Shown here in pieces: positions 47,179 through 56,020 of a DNA stretch of 64,000 nucleotides (position 1 is the stretch's first letter; the number at the start of each line of letters is the position of its first letter). The notes beneath the pieces were generated by a model that searched no databases, was not told the DNA's origin, and saw nothing but the letters and a program-made list of their open reading frames with translations. Origin of the DNA: an archaeon (GTDB taxonomy: Archaea > Hydrothermarchaeota > Hydrothermarchaeia > JALTZZ01). Location: assembly GCA_027051165.1 (NCBI GenBank), contig JALTZZ010000011.1, positions 5,556 through 69,555 on the forward strand. The letters run 5' to 3'. A program made the translations under genes and the position numbers.

Positions 47179-47636
47179 CAGCAATTATAAGCAGAATACC
47201 TATAAACTAACGGTCTTAATTTATCCTTATTTTATATATTTTAAGAATGAAATAGGATTTTTGATATCTGCTGCCTGCTGAGCTCCTGCAGGATCTTGCT
47301 ATGGTCCTATGCACATTAATTAATATTTTATAATGTAGTTTATTATAGATCATAAGTTTGTAAGCGCTTCTGGAACTTCCGGAAACCTAATCAGAGCCTA
47401 TAAGCTCTAAGCTGCAGATGTCTAACAACAATCTGTAAGAATGGACCATTATGACAACTATATGTAAGATATGCAACTGTTACATGATTATGCACAACCA
47501 TATAAATAAGCATAAATTAAGCTTAATATTCAAAAATAAGGAAATTAAACAAAAATTGTAAAAAGTAACTCACGCCAAACCGTTGGTAACAAACCTCAGT
47601 TACTTTTATTAATATTAAAAAGATGTATTATAAAGC

Positions 47637-48149
47637 ATGGGAAAGAAGATCACGATCACAGGCTCTAAGATATTTGATATAGGTTATAGATACTTCTTAG
47701 TAGAGCAAGCTTTAGGCTTTGGAATAGAAAGGTTTAGAGCTGTTAATTTAAGAAAAGAAAATAAATTATTAGTTTTTGTTGAAGGAAATGAAGAAGCTTT
47801 AAACGAGTTCGTAGAATTTGCTAAAAATAATTTTCCTAAGGATGCTCAAGTAGATAACATTGAAGTTGAAGACTACAAAGGCTATGTTCCAAAAGTAGAT
47901 CAGTTTTTGCTTTTGTTTAATGTCCAACAGTCAAGAAAGTTTATAGAAATTGGTAAAGAGGTAAGAGACGAAGTTAAACAAACAAGAGAAGAGCTTGGCA
48001 AAAAGATAGAAGATGTAGGGAAGAAGGTTGATAAAGTAGCAGACAAAATAGATGAGCTAAGAACAGATCTAAAGAGCTATATGGATGAAAGATTCAGAAT
48101 AATAGAAGAGGACATAAGAAAAATAAAAGCAAAATTAGGGATGATTTAA
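47637..48149 (+). CDS. Acylphosphatase-like N-domain plus coiled-coil protein
   Basis: ITGSKIFDIGYRYFLVEQALGFGIERFRAVNL...LLVFVEG resembles the acylphosphatase VxGxVQGVxFR...G..G.V.N...G.V pattern. Confidence 0.35.
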   Translation: MGKKITITGSKIFDIGYRYFLVEQALGFGIERFRAVNLRKENKLLVFVEGNEEALNEFVEFAKNNFPKDAQVDNIEVEDYKGYVPKVDQFLLLFNVQQSRKFIEIGKEVRDEVKQTREELGKKIEDVGKKVDKVADKIDELRTDLKSYMDERFRIIEEDIRKIKAKLGMI

Positions 48150-48374
48150 ATGCAACAAAAGAAAACTAAACCAAAAAAGCAACAGAAAAGATTTTTCTCA
48201 TTTTTAGATGATCTTAAAGGGGAAGATGTAGAAGTAATAATGCATAGCGGCATGAAGTTTGAAGGCAAAATATTAGATGTAAGCGATTTTGAGCTAAAAT
48301 TTAAGCCTAAAGATAAAGAAGAAGTTTGGTATATACATAAAAGCCATATAGCAATTTTAAAGCTTAAATTTTAG
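48150..48374 (+). CDS. Small basic protein (possible nucleic-acid binding)
   Basis: KKTKPKKQQKRF basic N-terminus followed by a beta-rich segment. Confidence 0.3.
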   Translation: MQQKKTKPKKQQKRFFSFLDDLKGEDVEVIMHSGMKFEGKILDVSDFELKFKPKDKEEVWYIHKSHIAILKLKF

Positions 48375-48507
48375 CTATACGTCTCAAAGTTCTTAGCTCG
48401 GTAACTAATTGTAAAATCAAAGCTGAAATATTTTCAGTATTATATTCCTTTTTTAGTTCTTCAAGCTTCTTCATAGCTTCATCGTTGAGATATACACTTA
48501 CGCCCAT
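48364..48507 (-). CDS. Ribbon-helix-helix (CopG-like) small DNA-binding protein (47 aa; not in ORF track)
   Basis: MGVSVYLNDEAMKKLEELKKEY..., an RHH beta-strand followed by a helix; divergent from the structural operon. Confidence 0.5.
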   Translation of the reverse strand: MGVSVYLNDEAMKKLEELKKEYNTENISALILQLVTELRTLRRIAKI

Positions 48508-48654
48508 AGTCGTTTATATATACGGCAATTGTATAAAAATCTTTCGTCATCTAAGATTATCTTAGAAAATCTTAGAAAGTCTAATATTATCTTTAAATTC
48601 CAAAAGAAAGGTATTTATAAGGTATTTTTCAGAAATTATGTTGGAGGTGATAGC

Positions 48655-49632
48655 ATGAAATTTAAACATATTTTATTAACTTTTGTCTTGGTTTTGGTAG
48701 CGATTTCAAGCGTTTCAGCAAGCATATATGACTTTGAGAATACCAACGAAATTCAGTTGTTCGAACAGCTAATGATAGACAGCAACAACACTATCTCCAC
48801 ATTAAATACCAGCTATGCAACTATAACCGTTACTAATGGCTTAGTAATGCTCAAAAGTTTGGACAATATACACATGCCGGCAATAGCAATACCCTATCAG
48901 CAGGGGCAAGTCTATGCCGTTGAAGGTAAAAACCTAAAAATCGGAGTTATAGCGAACAATACACTACAAGGAGCAATAGACATAATTGACAGAGGATATA
49001 TATACTTTGATAGTCAAACAGCAGCAGTATTAACCGATGGAGCTTTCAGCATAAAGGTATTTTCAACAACACCAATAGAGAAAGTTGTTATATACTCAAA
49101 AGATGGTTTAATAGATAAATTAGCCATTGATACACCAAAAACAGAGCTAAGCAGCGGTAGCCATCTATATCAATGGTCAGGAACTACAAGCGTAACAAAA
49201 AGAATAACACTAACTGCTGGAGCAAGATATAAATTCTATCTGGTGCAAAGCGGAGATACTGATGCTTTTCTGTTTAAACCAAGCAATCCAAATTATGGAA
49301 GTGCATCTGAATACCAAAGCTATCATTGGCTAGTTAATAATGCAGACTTTAAGCACTACATAGGAACAAAATACTACACAGCACCAGAAAGCGGAACATA
49401 TAAGCTCGTAATTAAGATTTTATCAGGAGACAGCTGGAGCTACACTATTGATTGCATATCAGGATGTAGCAGCAATACTCCACCTCCGGATAATAATCCA
49501 CCGCCAAGCCAAGATAATCCAGCAGGAATAGTAAAGAACATGGATGATAAAAAGAAAATGCTGCTAATTGGTATCGGAGCTTTTGCAGTAACGCTATTTA
49601 TAGTGTTCTTGGCTGGAGGGAGAAGAAAATGA
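48655..49632 (+). CDS. Secreted protein with signal peptide, Pro-rich stalk, C-terminal TM anchor and basic tail (spike/adhesin-like)
   Basis: GGAGGTGA RBS; MKFKHILLTFVLVLVAISSVSA signal peptide; PPPDNNPPPSQDNP; LLIGIGAFAVTLFIVFLAGGRRK. Confidence 0.6.
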   Translation: MKFKHILLTFVLVLVAISSVSASIYDFENTNEIQLFEQLMIDSNNTISTLNTSYATITVTNGLVMLKSLDNIHMPAIAIPYQQGQVYAVEGKNLKIGVIANNTLQGAIDIIDRGYIYFDSQTAAVLTDGAFSIKVFSTTPIEKVVIYSKDGLIDKLAIDTPKTELSSGSHLYQWSGTTSVTKRITLTAGARYKFYLVQSGDTDAFLFKPSNPNYGSASEYQSYHWLVNNADFKHYIGTKYYTAPESGTYKLVIKILSGDSWSYTIDCISGCSSNTPPPDNNPPPSQDNPAGIVKNMDDKKKMLLIGIGAFAVTLFIVFLAGGRRK

Positions 49633-50195
49633 TGCATATATTCATATTACTAATTTTATTGGCTATCCCTACTGCTGTTGCACAGGAATTACCCATACAG
49701 CAGTTTAATAATGAAATAGAAGCTTATCAACTGCAACAGGCACAGCTTGCACAGCTTGCAGCTCAATATGATCTAACCAAAGCCATAACAGTTTATAGCG
49801 GAGTATTGTTTAATGGATGGAAAAGCTATGGAACTATAGAGATCCCCAAGGATTGGAAAAAGGTCTACCTAATAATAATACCCACAGAAGCCCCAAGAGC
49901 TGATGTAAGAATATATGCAATGATTAATGGTCAGGAAGTATTAGCAAATGCTCCCTTAGGAGCAACAGTAAGCGTTGATATAACTGATGCTCTATCTTCT
50001 ACAAGAACAGCAAGCATAAATATATATGCTTCAGGATCAGTCAGAGCAAAAGTTCTCGTAGCTCCACCAAATCCAGCAGTAATGCAGGCTGAAGAGCTAA
50101 ACAGCAACATCAAAAATACAAAATATATACTAATAGGTTTAGCAGGCATAATTTTAGCAGCAATAGTTGTAACAGCAGGAAGAAAGAGGAGATAA
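49629..50195 (+). CDS. Secreted protein with signal peptide and C-terminal TM anchor plus basic tail
   Basis: ILLILLAIPTAVAQ signal; C-terminus YILIGLAGIILAAIVVTAGRKRR. Confidence 0.55.
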   Translation: MMHIFILLILLAIPTAVAQELPIQQFNNEIEAYQLQQAQLAQLAAQYDLTKAITVYSGVLFNGWKSYGTIEIPKDWKKVYLIIIPTEAPRADVRIYAMINGQEVLANAPLGATVSVDITDALSSTRTASINIYASGSVRAKVLVAPPNPAVMQAEELNSNIKNTKYILIGLAGIILAAIVVTAGRKRR

Positions 50196-50197
50196 AA

Positions 50198-50350
50198 ATG
50201 ATTGCCTTAATTTTTATTTTATTATTATTTCTAATGGCAGCAGTAACGGTAGTTGTCATAGATCCAATCAAGCTTGCAATAATAATGCTGTTTTTCCTTG
50301 GAGTATTTTGGGTATATCTTGCCCATGCCCATGGAGGGCAGAAAAAATGA
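50198..50350 (+). CDS. Small (50 aa) two-helix membrane protein (not in ORF track)
   Basis: MIALIFILLLFLMAAVTVVVIDPIKLAIIMLFFLGVFWVYLAHAHGGQKK; ATGA overlap with the next gene. Confidence 0.45.
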   Translation: MIALIFILLLFLMAAVTVVVIDPIKLAIIMLFFLGVFWVYLAHAHGGQKK

Positions 50351-50976
50351 AATTACTAATAATTCTACTGTTACTATTGCCAATAGTGTATGCTCAGGAT
50401 GTAGAAGAGATAGAACTTGGAAAACCACCAGAACTAAGTAGCACAGGCTACACAATAAAAAAGGGAGAATATGTTACCTGTTGGATAAAGATGCCAGATA
50501 ATCCATTAATAGGAGAAAAATATGGCGGAGCAGTAGGACTATATTCAACAAATCAGGACATCAGGATATACGCTGTTGCAAAGGGATTTATAAGACATAC
50601 ACCAAGGCTTGAAGTATATGAAAATTCTCAGCTAAAGACCCATGCAGAGTTCGAAGAAAATCAGTTTAACGAGGAATTTCAAGTGAGATTGGCATATTTA
50701 AACGATGGAACAATAAAAATAGGATACAGGTATGCAACAGTCACTGAATGGCAGATTTTGTATAGTGTTTTAGCAAAGTCTTCAATGTATTCTGTTAAAG
50801 GATTAAAAGCCTATAAATGCGAGAAAAGACAAATTGCACCACCAAGTCCACCAAGTAACGGAAACAATCCTTTTGATGACAGTGAACCTTTTGACAAATC
50901 AGATAACAAGAAATACCTACTTGCTGCAGGAGCTTTGATAATAATAGCATTAATACTGCTGGTGACAAGAAAATGA
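50347..50976 (+). CDS. Secreted protein with signal peptide, Pro/Ser-rich linker, C-terminal TM anchor and basic tail
   Basis: MKLLIILLLLLPIVYAQ; PPSPPSNGNNP; LLAAGALIIIALILLVTRK. Confidence 0.55.
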   Translation: MKLLIILLLLLPIVYAQDVEEIELGKPPELSSTGYTIKKGEYVTCWIKMPDNPLIGEKYGGAVGLYSTNQDIRIYAVAKGFIRHTPRLEVYENSQLKTHAEFEENQFNEEFQVRLAYLNDGTIKIGYRYATVTEWQILYSVLAKSSMYSVKGLKAYKCEKRQIAPPSPPSNGNNPFDDSEPFDKSDNKKYLLAAGALIIIALILLVTRK

Positions 50977-52073
50977 ACGAAGTTTTGTTTTATATTTTAT
51001 TTAGCATTCCATTTGGCTTAACTCTATATTTAACTTTAGTAAGACACATAAAAGCTCATGTTATTGACAATAGAGACCATGCAAGATTCTTTTTATATCC
51101 ATATCCTCCAAGAAGGATGCTTATTCTTCATAAGCTCGATGGAAAATTTAGCATATACTATGATGATCAAATAAAAGAAATAAAAGGAGATGAAAAAAGT
51201 GAAGTATCATGTAAAAATCATGATGAAGTAGATCATTTTGTTTTAGATGGAAATCTAAGCGATTACAGCTTAAAAGTAAGCATGTATGATGCAAGAGGAG
51301 CAAAAGGTTATGATAGTCCTTTCAGCTTGGCATGGCGATGGATCGTAGCAGCAAGCTTTACCGTATATATAAACTACATTGCAATGATAGAAGGCTGGTT
51401 CCCAAGAAATGGCGAACCCGACATGTTTTGGGCAATGCTTGGAACTATGGCTTTTTTCCTAAGTTTAATGTGGTTCCTAACGAACATTATTAGATTTCGA
51501 GATGAAACAATAGAATACATATATCTGCTCCCTAAATCAATAAATCAGGGGTTAACAGAATACGTTCATGCTCCGGAGCCTCTTAGCAACCTAAGCCTAC
51601 CAAACTTTCTCAAAAGACTCGGTAAAGAAATTAAGGTAGAGGTTCCAAATGAGCTTAAAGAAGTATTTGAAAATCTAAAAAAGGGAAAAAAGGACGTTTT
51701 AGTATCAGCATTAAGCCTTACCAAGTTTTATGAAGCTGAAGCTTGGAGAAAAGCACTAAGCCAAAGCTTAGAGGACATGATGAAGCTAAGAAAAGCTGGA
51801 GAAACAATTGCTCTCATAAAGATGAAGGGGCTTATATATAGACCTGTAATGGTCTATGTTGTCATCTTTATATTGGGCTTAATTATTGGCTACATATTTG
51901 GTAACATATTTTCAATTGGCTTTGAAGAACCAACGGAGCATGCAAGGAACTTAACTCAAGTTCCCATCATATCACAGATACCACAGAACATAACACTACC
52001 TCAGCCTCAGCTACCGGAGCTCCCAGAGGCTCCTCTTAAACCTGCTCCTCCACCACCTCCACCAACGAGGTGA
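50973..52073 (+). CDS. Polytopic membrane protein with Pro-rich C-terminal tail
   Basis: N-terminal TM, central TM pairs, C-terminal TM, PELPEAPLKPAPPPPPPTR. Confidence 0.45.
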   Translation: MNEVLFYILFSIPFGLTLYLTLVRHIKAHVIDNRDHARFFLYPYPPRRMLILHKLDGKFSIYYDDQIKEIKGDEKSEVSCKNHDEVDHFVLDGNLSDYSLKVSMYDARGAKGYDSPFSLAWRWIVAASFTVYINYIAMIEGWFPRNGEPDMFWAMLGTMAFFLSLMWFLTNIIRFRDETIEYIYLLPKSINQGLTEYVHAPEPLSNLSLPNFLKRLGKEIKVEVPNELKEVFENLKKGKKDVLVSALSLTKFYEAEAWRKALSQSLEDMMKLRKAGETIALIKMKGLIYRPVMVYVVIFILGLIIGYIFGNIFSIGFEEPTEHARNLTQVPIISQIPQNITLPQPQLPELPEAPLKPAPPPPPPTR

Positions 52074-52423
52074 GACCCATGATTGAGCTTATAGCAAGCA
52101 TAATTCTCATTGTTTTAATGGTTCAGGTCTTCATTATAATATATTTAAAGACAAAGAGCTTGTTTAAGGCATGGATATTTGCTTTAATAATAGGCAAAGC
52201 AATAGTTGTTGTCTTTTGGGCATTTGGTATTGAACACTCATTAGGAACTTTATACATATACAACAAAAGGAGTAATGAAGTAATATCCTTTGAGATTACT
52301 TCAAGTCATGTCATATTTTTAGCTTTTTTAAGCTCATTGATTATAAGTTTGTTTTGGTATGACATAATAAGATATGCTCCACCTTCATTGAGAAAAAGAA
52401 TAAAAGATAAGAGGGGGATATAA
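52070..52423 (+). CDS. Small membrane protein (3-4 TM)
   Basis: 117 aa hydrophobic. Confidence 0.4.
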   Translation: MRPMIELIASIILIVLMVQVFIIIYLKTKSLFKAWIFALIIGKAIVVVFWAFGIEHSLGTLYIYNKRSNEVISFEITSSHVIFLAFLSSLIISLFWYDIIRYAPPSLRKRIKDKRGI

Positions 52424-52735
52424 ATGGAGTTCTACGATGCACCAAAAATGATAGAATTCGGAATAAAGCTTGGAAAAGACAGCGTAGATAGAATTTTAGA
52501 AGTTCTCAGAAAAGGAGATCTAAAGGAGATATTAGCATACATAGATGAAGAAGCTGCAAGAGGATTATTTTTTGCTTTTGCTGATTTGGAAATTCACAAG
52601 AATATTGAGTATATTGCAAGTAGCAGCAAGAAACCTGAATATCTTGAAGTAGAGTTCCTAAGAGCATTTTCTCTAAGCGAGAAGATAATAAAATTCTCTA
52701 CACCTAAGTTTGATCTTCAGGTGGAAAGAGGATGA
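52424..52735 (+). CDS. Hypothetical soluble protein of the element
   Basis: 103 aa; start/stop overlap with the following NTPase gene. Confidence 0.35.
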   Translation: MEFYDAPKMIEFGIKLGKDSVDRILEVLRKGDLKEILAYIDEEAARGLFFAFADLEIHKNIEYIASSSKKPEYLEVEFLRAFSLSEKIIKFSTPKFDLQVERG

Positions 52736-53601
52736 ACATACTAAACGTAATTGCTGGAGAAAAGAGAGTTGATGGAGTAGAACTTAGAACAATAACTATA
52801 ATAGGAACTATGGGAAGCGGTAAAACAACATTAGCGAGACATTTAGCTTCAAGGGGCTACAGAGAGTTAACACAAAGAGGAGTTGATGACAGCAGAATAT
52901 TAATAGTTCACTTTTATAGATCAAGCATAACCGCTATTCTCAATTATTTAACCGAAAATTTTGATTTAGAAGATATAGAATTTCTCTATCTTATAAATGA
53001 CGATGCTGCTTATATGAACATGAGCAGAAGAGCAATGAATGATATAAACATAAATGATGCAAGGCAGTATATTGTTATTAGGCATAAGCTTGCGGAGAAT
53101 AATTTTAAAGGCGTTTTGATTGCTGTTCACTTAACACAACTTTATTATTTGCTGGACAAAGTGTTAAGGGATTCTCAAGTTTTAATGTTTAAAAGCATGA
53201 GTAGGGATAATAATGAGAGGAAATATTTAGCTACACTTTTAGGTAGGCATTATTTTAGAGTTCTAAGAAAGATAAGCGATGATATAGCGTATGGGAACAA
53301 AGATAGGTATATAGAAGCATTAAGCAGAGCAGTTGCAGTTGTTGGTTCAAGAAGACTTATTTACGAGTTTAAAAAAGAAGATCCACCAAGAAATATCTAT
53401 TATGAAGTATCTCCAGAGGAAATAAATATAGAACCTAAGATTACTTTGAACACTTTAAGGGATTTTGTAAGAGGTTGTGGGATACAGGCTAAAGATACAA
53501 AAATTTACAGGCTATATAAGCTGATTAATGCTTATTTAAATGGCTTGGATGTAGATATGCTACTTCAGGAGATCCAAGAGGAGGTGGAAGCTCATGCTTA
53601 A
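52732..53601 (+). CDS. P-loop NTPase with N-terminal Walker A
   Basis: IIGTMGSGKTTLARHL; 289 aa; last-but-one gene of the operon. Confidence 0.6.
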   Translation: MNILNVIAGEKRVDGVELRTITIIGTMGSGKTTLARHLASRGYRELTQRGVDDSRILIVHFYRSSITAILNYLTENFDLEDIEFLYLINDDAAYMNMSRRAMNDININDARQYIVIRHKLAENNFKGVLIAVHLTQLYYLLDKVLRDSQVLMFKSMSRDNNERKYLATLLGRHYFRVLRKISDDIAYGNKDRYIEALSRAVAVVGSRRLIYEFKKEDPPRNIYYEVSPEEINIEPKITLNTLRDFVRGCGIQAKDTKIYRLYKLINAYLNGLDVDMLLQEIQEEVEAHA

Positions 53602-54349
53602 GTATGTAGTTATATGTATTATTCTCTGTTCCTTATTCCCTGTTGCAGCATCTGAACAAGAGCAGCTAATAAAAATGATGGTGGACAAAGGCTGGGACAA
53701 AGGAGTAGCAATTGTTACTGCTGATGGATACTATGGAACAGGCTGGTGGATTGATAGGAATACCATGGTAACAGCAGCACATGTAGTTGAATATAAGTAT
53801 AAGACTGTTAGAGTAATTCATGGATATTTCGAAACTACAGGAAGAGTTGTCTCAATAGACCAAAAAAGAGACATAGCAATAATAAAAACCCAAAGCATGC
53901 CTAAGGATGCCTATATTTTTGTGATTGATAAAAGAGTTGAAAAAACGGAAACCGTATATGCAATAGGCTACCCTTATGAACTTATGCAGCTTGAGAGAGA
54001 CGTTTACAGCCTAAGTGCAAATCCAAGAATAGCAAAGGGAACTATTAGCTGGATATCTCCAGATATTGGCATTGCTGAGATAACAGTTAGCGTGGATGCA
54101 GGTAACAGCGGTGGTCCGGTAGTAAATGAAAATGGTGAGGTAGTAGGCTTGGTAACTTTTGCTTTAAAAGGTAGGGCTGCTACCCTTTATTTTATAACAT
54201 TAAGCAAGGAGCTTGAGGGAAATGTTAACTATAGAGTAGGATTAGGATTGTCTCATGAACAAAGAGAAATGCTTAAATCTATCGCATTAGGGATATTTAT
54301 CTCTGTATTCACTACATTCTTAGTGCTTTATGGGTTCAGAAAGAGGTAA
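53594..54349 (+). CDS. Membrane-anchored trypsin-like (S1/HtrA-like) serine protease
   Basis: Signal peptide; TAAHVV (His), DIAIIK (Asp), GNSGGPVV (Ser); C-terminal TM plus FRKR. Confidence 0.65.
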   Translation: MLKYVVICIILCSLFPVAASEQEQLIKMMVDKGWDKGVAIVTADGYYGTGWWIDRNTMVTAAHVVEYKYKTVRVIHGYFETTGRVVSIDQKRDIAIIKTQSMPKDAYIFVIDKRVEKTETVYAIGYPYELMQLERDVYSLSANPRIAKGTISWISPDIGIAEITVSVDAGNSGGPVVNENGEVVGLVTFALKGRAATLYFITLSKELEGNVNYRVGLGLSHEQREMLKSIALGIFISVFTTFLVLYGFRKR

Positions 54350-54816
54350 TTTTTCAATTAAAAAATTATAAAGGACCTTAGCATTCTCTCTGGAGCTTTT
54401 AATAGTCCACTTTATACTACCCAAAATTTCTACAACACCTTTCTTCCTAACTATGCCTACTTCCTTAAATTTTATACCGTCTATCTGTCTTAAGTTCATA
54501 CTCAGCATGTTATCCTTTTTTAAAATCAATCCAGAACGTTTATAGCAAATAAGCCTTTTATTTGTAATAACTAATTCACTATATTTTTCATCATTTACCA
54601 CAAACTTCTTTAAATCAAACTTATATTGAATCTCCTCATTAGGCAATAAAAAATCTTGCAAACCTATAGTAAGATCACCATTAACCTTTATATATCAGTT
54701 ATGACAATATATAACACAAAAATGGGAACGGAGGTGGAAGACAACATGGAAACACCAACAACCACCTGTAAGGATAAGTATGTACTTTTCTTATATATAA
54801 AAGTTACGGTCGTTTA

Positions 54817-54902
54817 TGCGGGGGGAGGGATTTGAACCCTCGCAGGCTCTACGCCAACGGATCCTGAGCCCGTCCCCTTTGACCAGACTCGGGCACCCCC
54901 GC
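54817..54902 (-). tRNA. tRNA-Leu (anticodon CAG) with long variable arm
   Basis: Reverse complement GCGGGGGTGCCCGAGTCTGGTCAAAGGGGACGGGCTCAGGATCCGTTGGCGTAGAGCCTGCGAGGGTTCAAATCCCTCCCCCCGCA; anticodon loop CTCAGGA. Confidence 0.8.
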
Positions 54903-55769
54903 ATATTCAAGCAGAGCTTTACCAAATCCATAGCCGAAGTATGTGCTCGTTATTCCAAGTATCTCCTGAAGGAAAGTTTTTTCACGATAATATACAATCT
55001 CAGGTTTTTTTGTTATATTTGCAAGCTTTTTCGCAATCTCTATGGCATCCTCCTTGGTTCCGACCTCATCCACAAGTCCCACTTCCTTTGCCTGAAGTCC
55101 AGTATACAACCTACCTTCGGCAATCTTTCTTACATAGTCTTTGCTCAAGTTTCTGTTATCAGCCACCTCCTCGATAAACATATCGTATATTTGATAGCTT
55201 ATATTTTCGAGCATCTCTATTTCCTCCTGCGTTAGCGGTCTGTATCCGCTTCCCATGTCCTTATATTTCCCAGCCTTAATTACGGTTACATTTATTCCAA
55301 GCTTCTTTAAAAGTCCAGAATAATCGGTAAATATTGATATAACCCCTATACTACCGGTTAAGCTCCCCTTACTTGCAACTATATAGTCACATGCGCTTGC
55401 AATATAGTATGCACCGCTTGTGCCTATCTCGCCAATCCAAGCAACAACTGGCTTGTTTGACTTCTTTATAATGTTTGCTATCTCATCACTCGCCACCACG
55501 CTACCGCCGGGACTGTTTATTTCTATCAGTATTGCCTTAACACTGTTATCGGATAACGCCCTCTCAAAGAACCTTTTAAACTTCTCAGGTGTAGTTGCAC
55601 TCGTGCTAAAGAACCCCTCTTGTTCGTCGAGGGATATAACCCCTTTAACCTCTATTATTGCTATTTTTTCTCCACCAACCTTTTCCCTTGGAGAAATCAT
55701 ATATACAAATACTATTGAAATTATAAGAAGGCTGAATATCATGAGTAGAAATAAAAATATTAAACGCAT
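54849..55769 (-). CDS. sppA: Signal peptide peptidase SppA (S49 family)
   Basis: N-terminal TM; GSVVASDEI; catalytic Ser in SLTGSIGVIS and Lys in VIKAGKYKDMGSG. The last about 18 codons overlap the tRNA-Leu gene. Confidence 0.7.
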   Translation of the reverse strand: MRLIFLFLLMIFSLLIISIVFVYMISPREKVGGEKIAIIEVKGVISLDEQEGFFSTSATTPEKFKRFFERALSDNSVKAILIEINSPGGSVVASDEIANIIKKSNKPVVAWIGEIGTSGAYYIASACDYIVASKGSLTGSIGVISIFTDYSGLLKKLGINVTVIKAGKYKDMGSGYRPLTQEEIEMLENISYQIYDMFIEEVADNRNLSKDYVRKIAEGRLYTGLQAKEVGLVDEVGTKEDAIEIAKKLANITKKPEIVYYREKTFLQEILGITSTYFGYGFGKALLEYAGVPESGQRGRAQDPLA

Positions 55770-55826
55770 GTTAACACCACCATTAGGAGATACCATATTA
55801 ACATAGTAAAAGCTGGAGGTGATTGG

Positions 55827-56018
55827 TTGGGAAGAATAAAGACAACGCTTATAAAGAGGGTAGCAAGAGAACTTGTTGAAAGGTATAGGCACATGCTTAC
55901 AACAGATTTCGAAAAAAATAAGGAAATTTTAAAGGAAATTTTAGTAACACACGACAAAACAATGAGAAATAAAATAGCCGGATACGTTACGAGACTCATG
56001 AAGAGGCAAAGCTCATAG
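55827..56018 (+). CDS. rps17e: Ribosomal protein S17e
   Basis: MGRIKTTLIKRVARELVERY... 63 aa. Confidence 0.8.
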   Translation: MGRIKTTLIKRVARELVERYRHMLTTDFEKNKEILKEILVTHDKTMRNKIAGYVTRLMKRQSS

Positions 56019-56020
56019 AT

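Noticed and set aside
47255-47295. cctgcaggatcttgc segment partially resembling tRNA-Leu ccctcgcaggctctacgc
   Set aside because: The alignment needs gaps and covers under 20 nt. Likely chance. Retained only as part of the candidate origin region.
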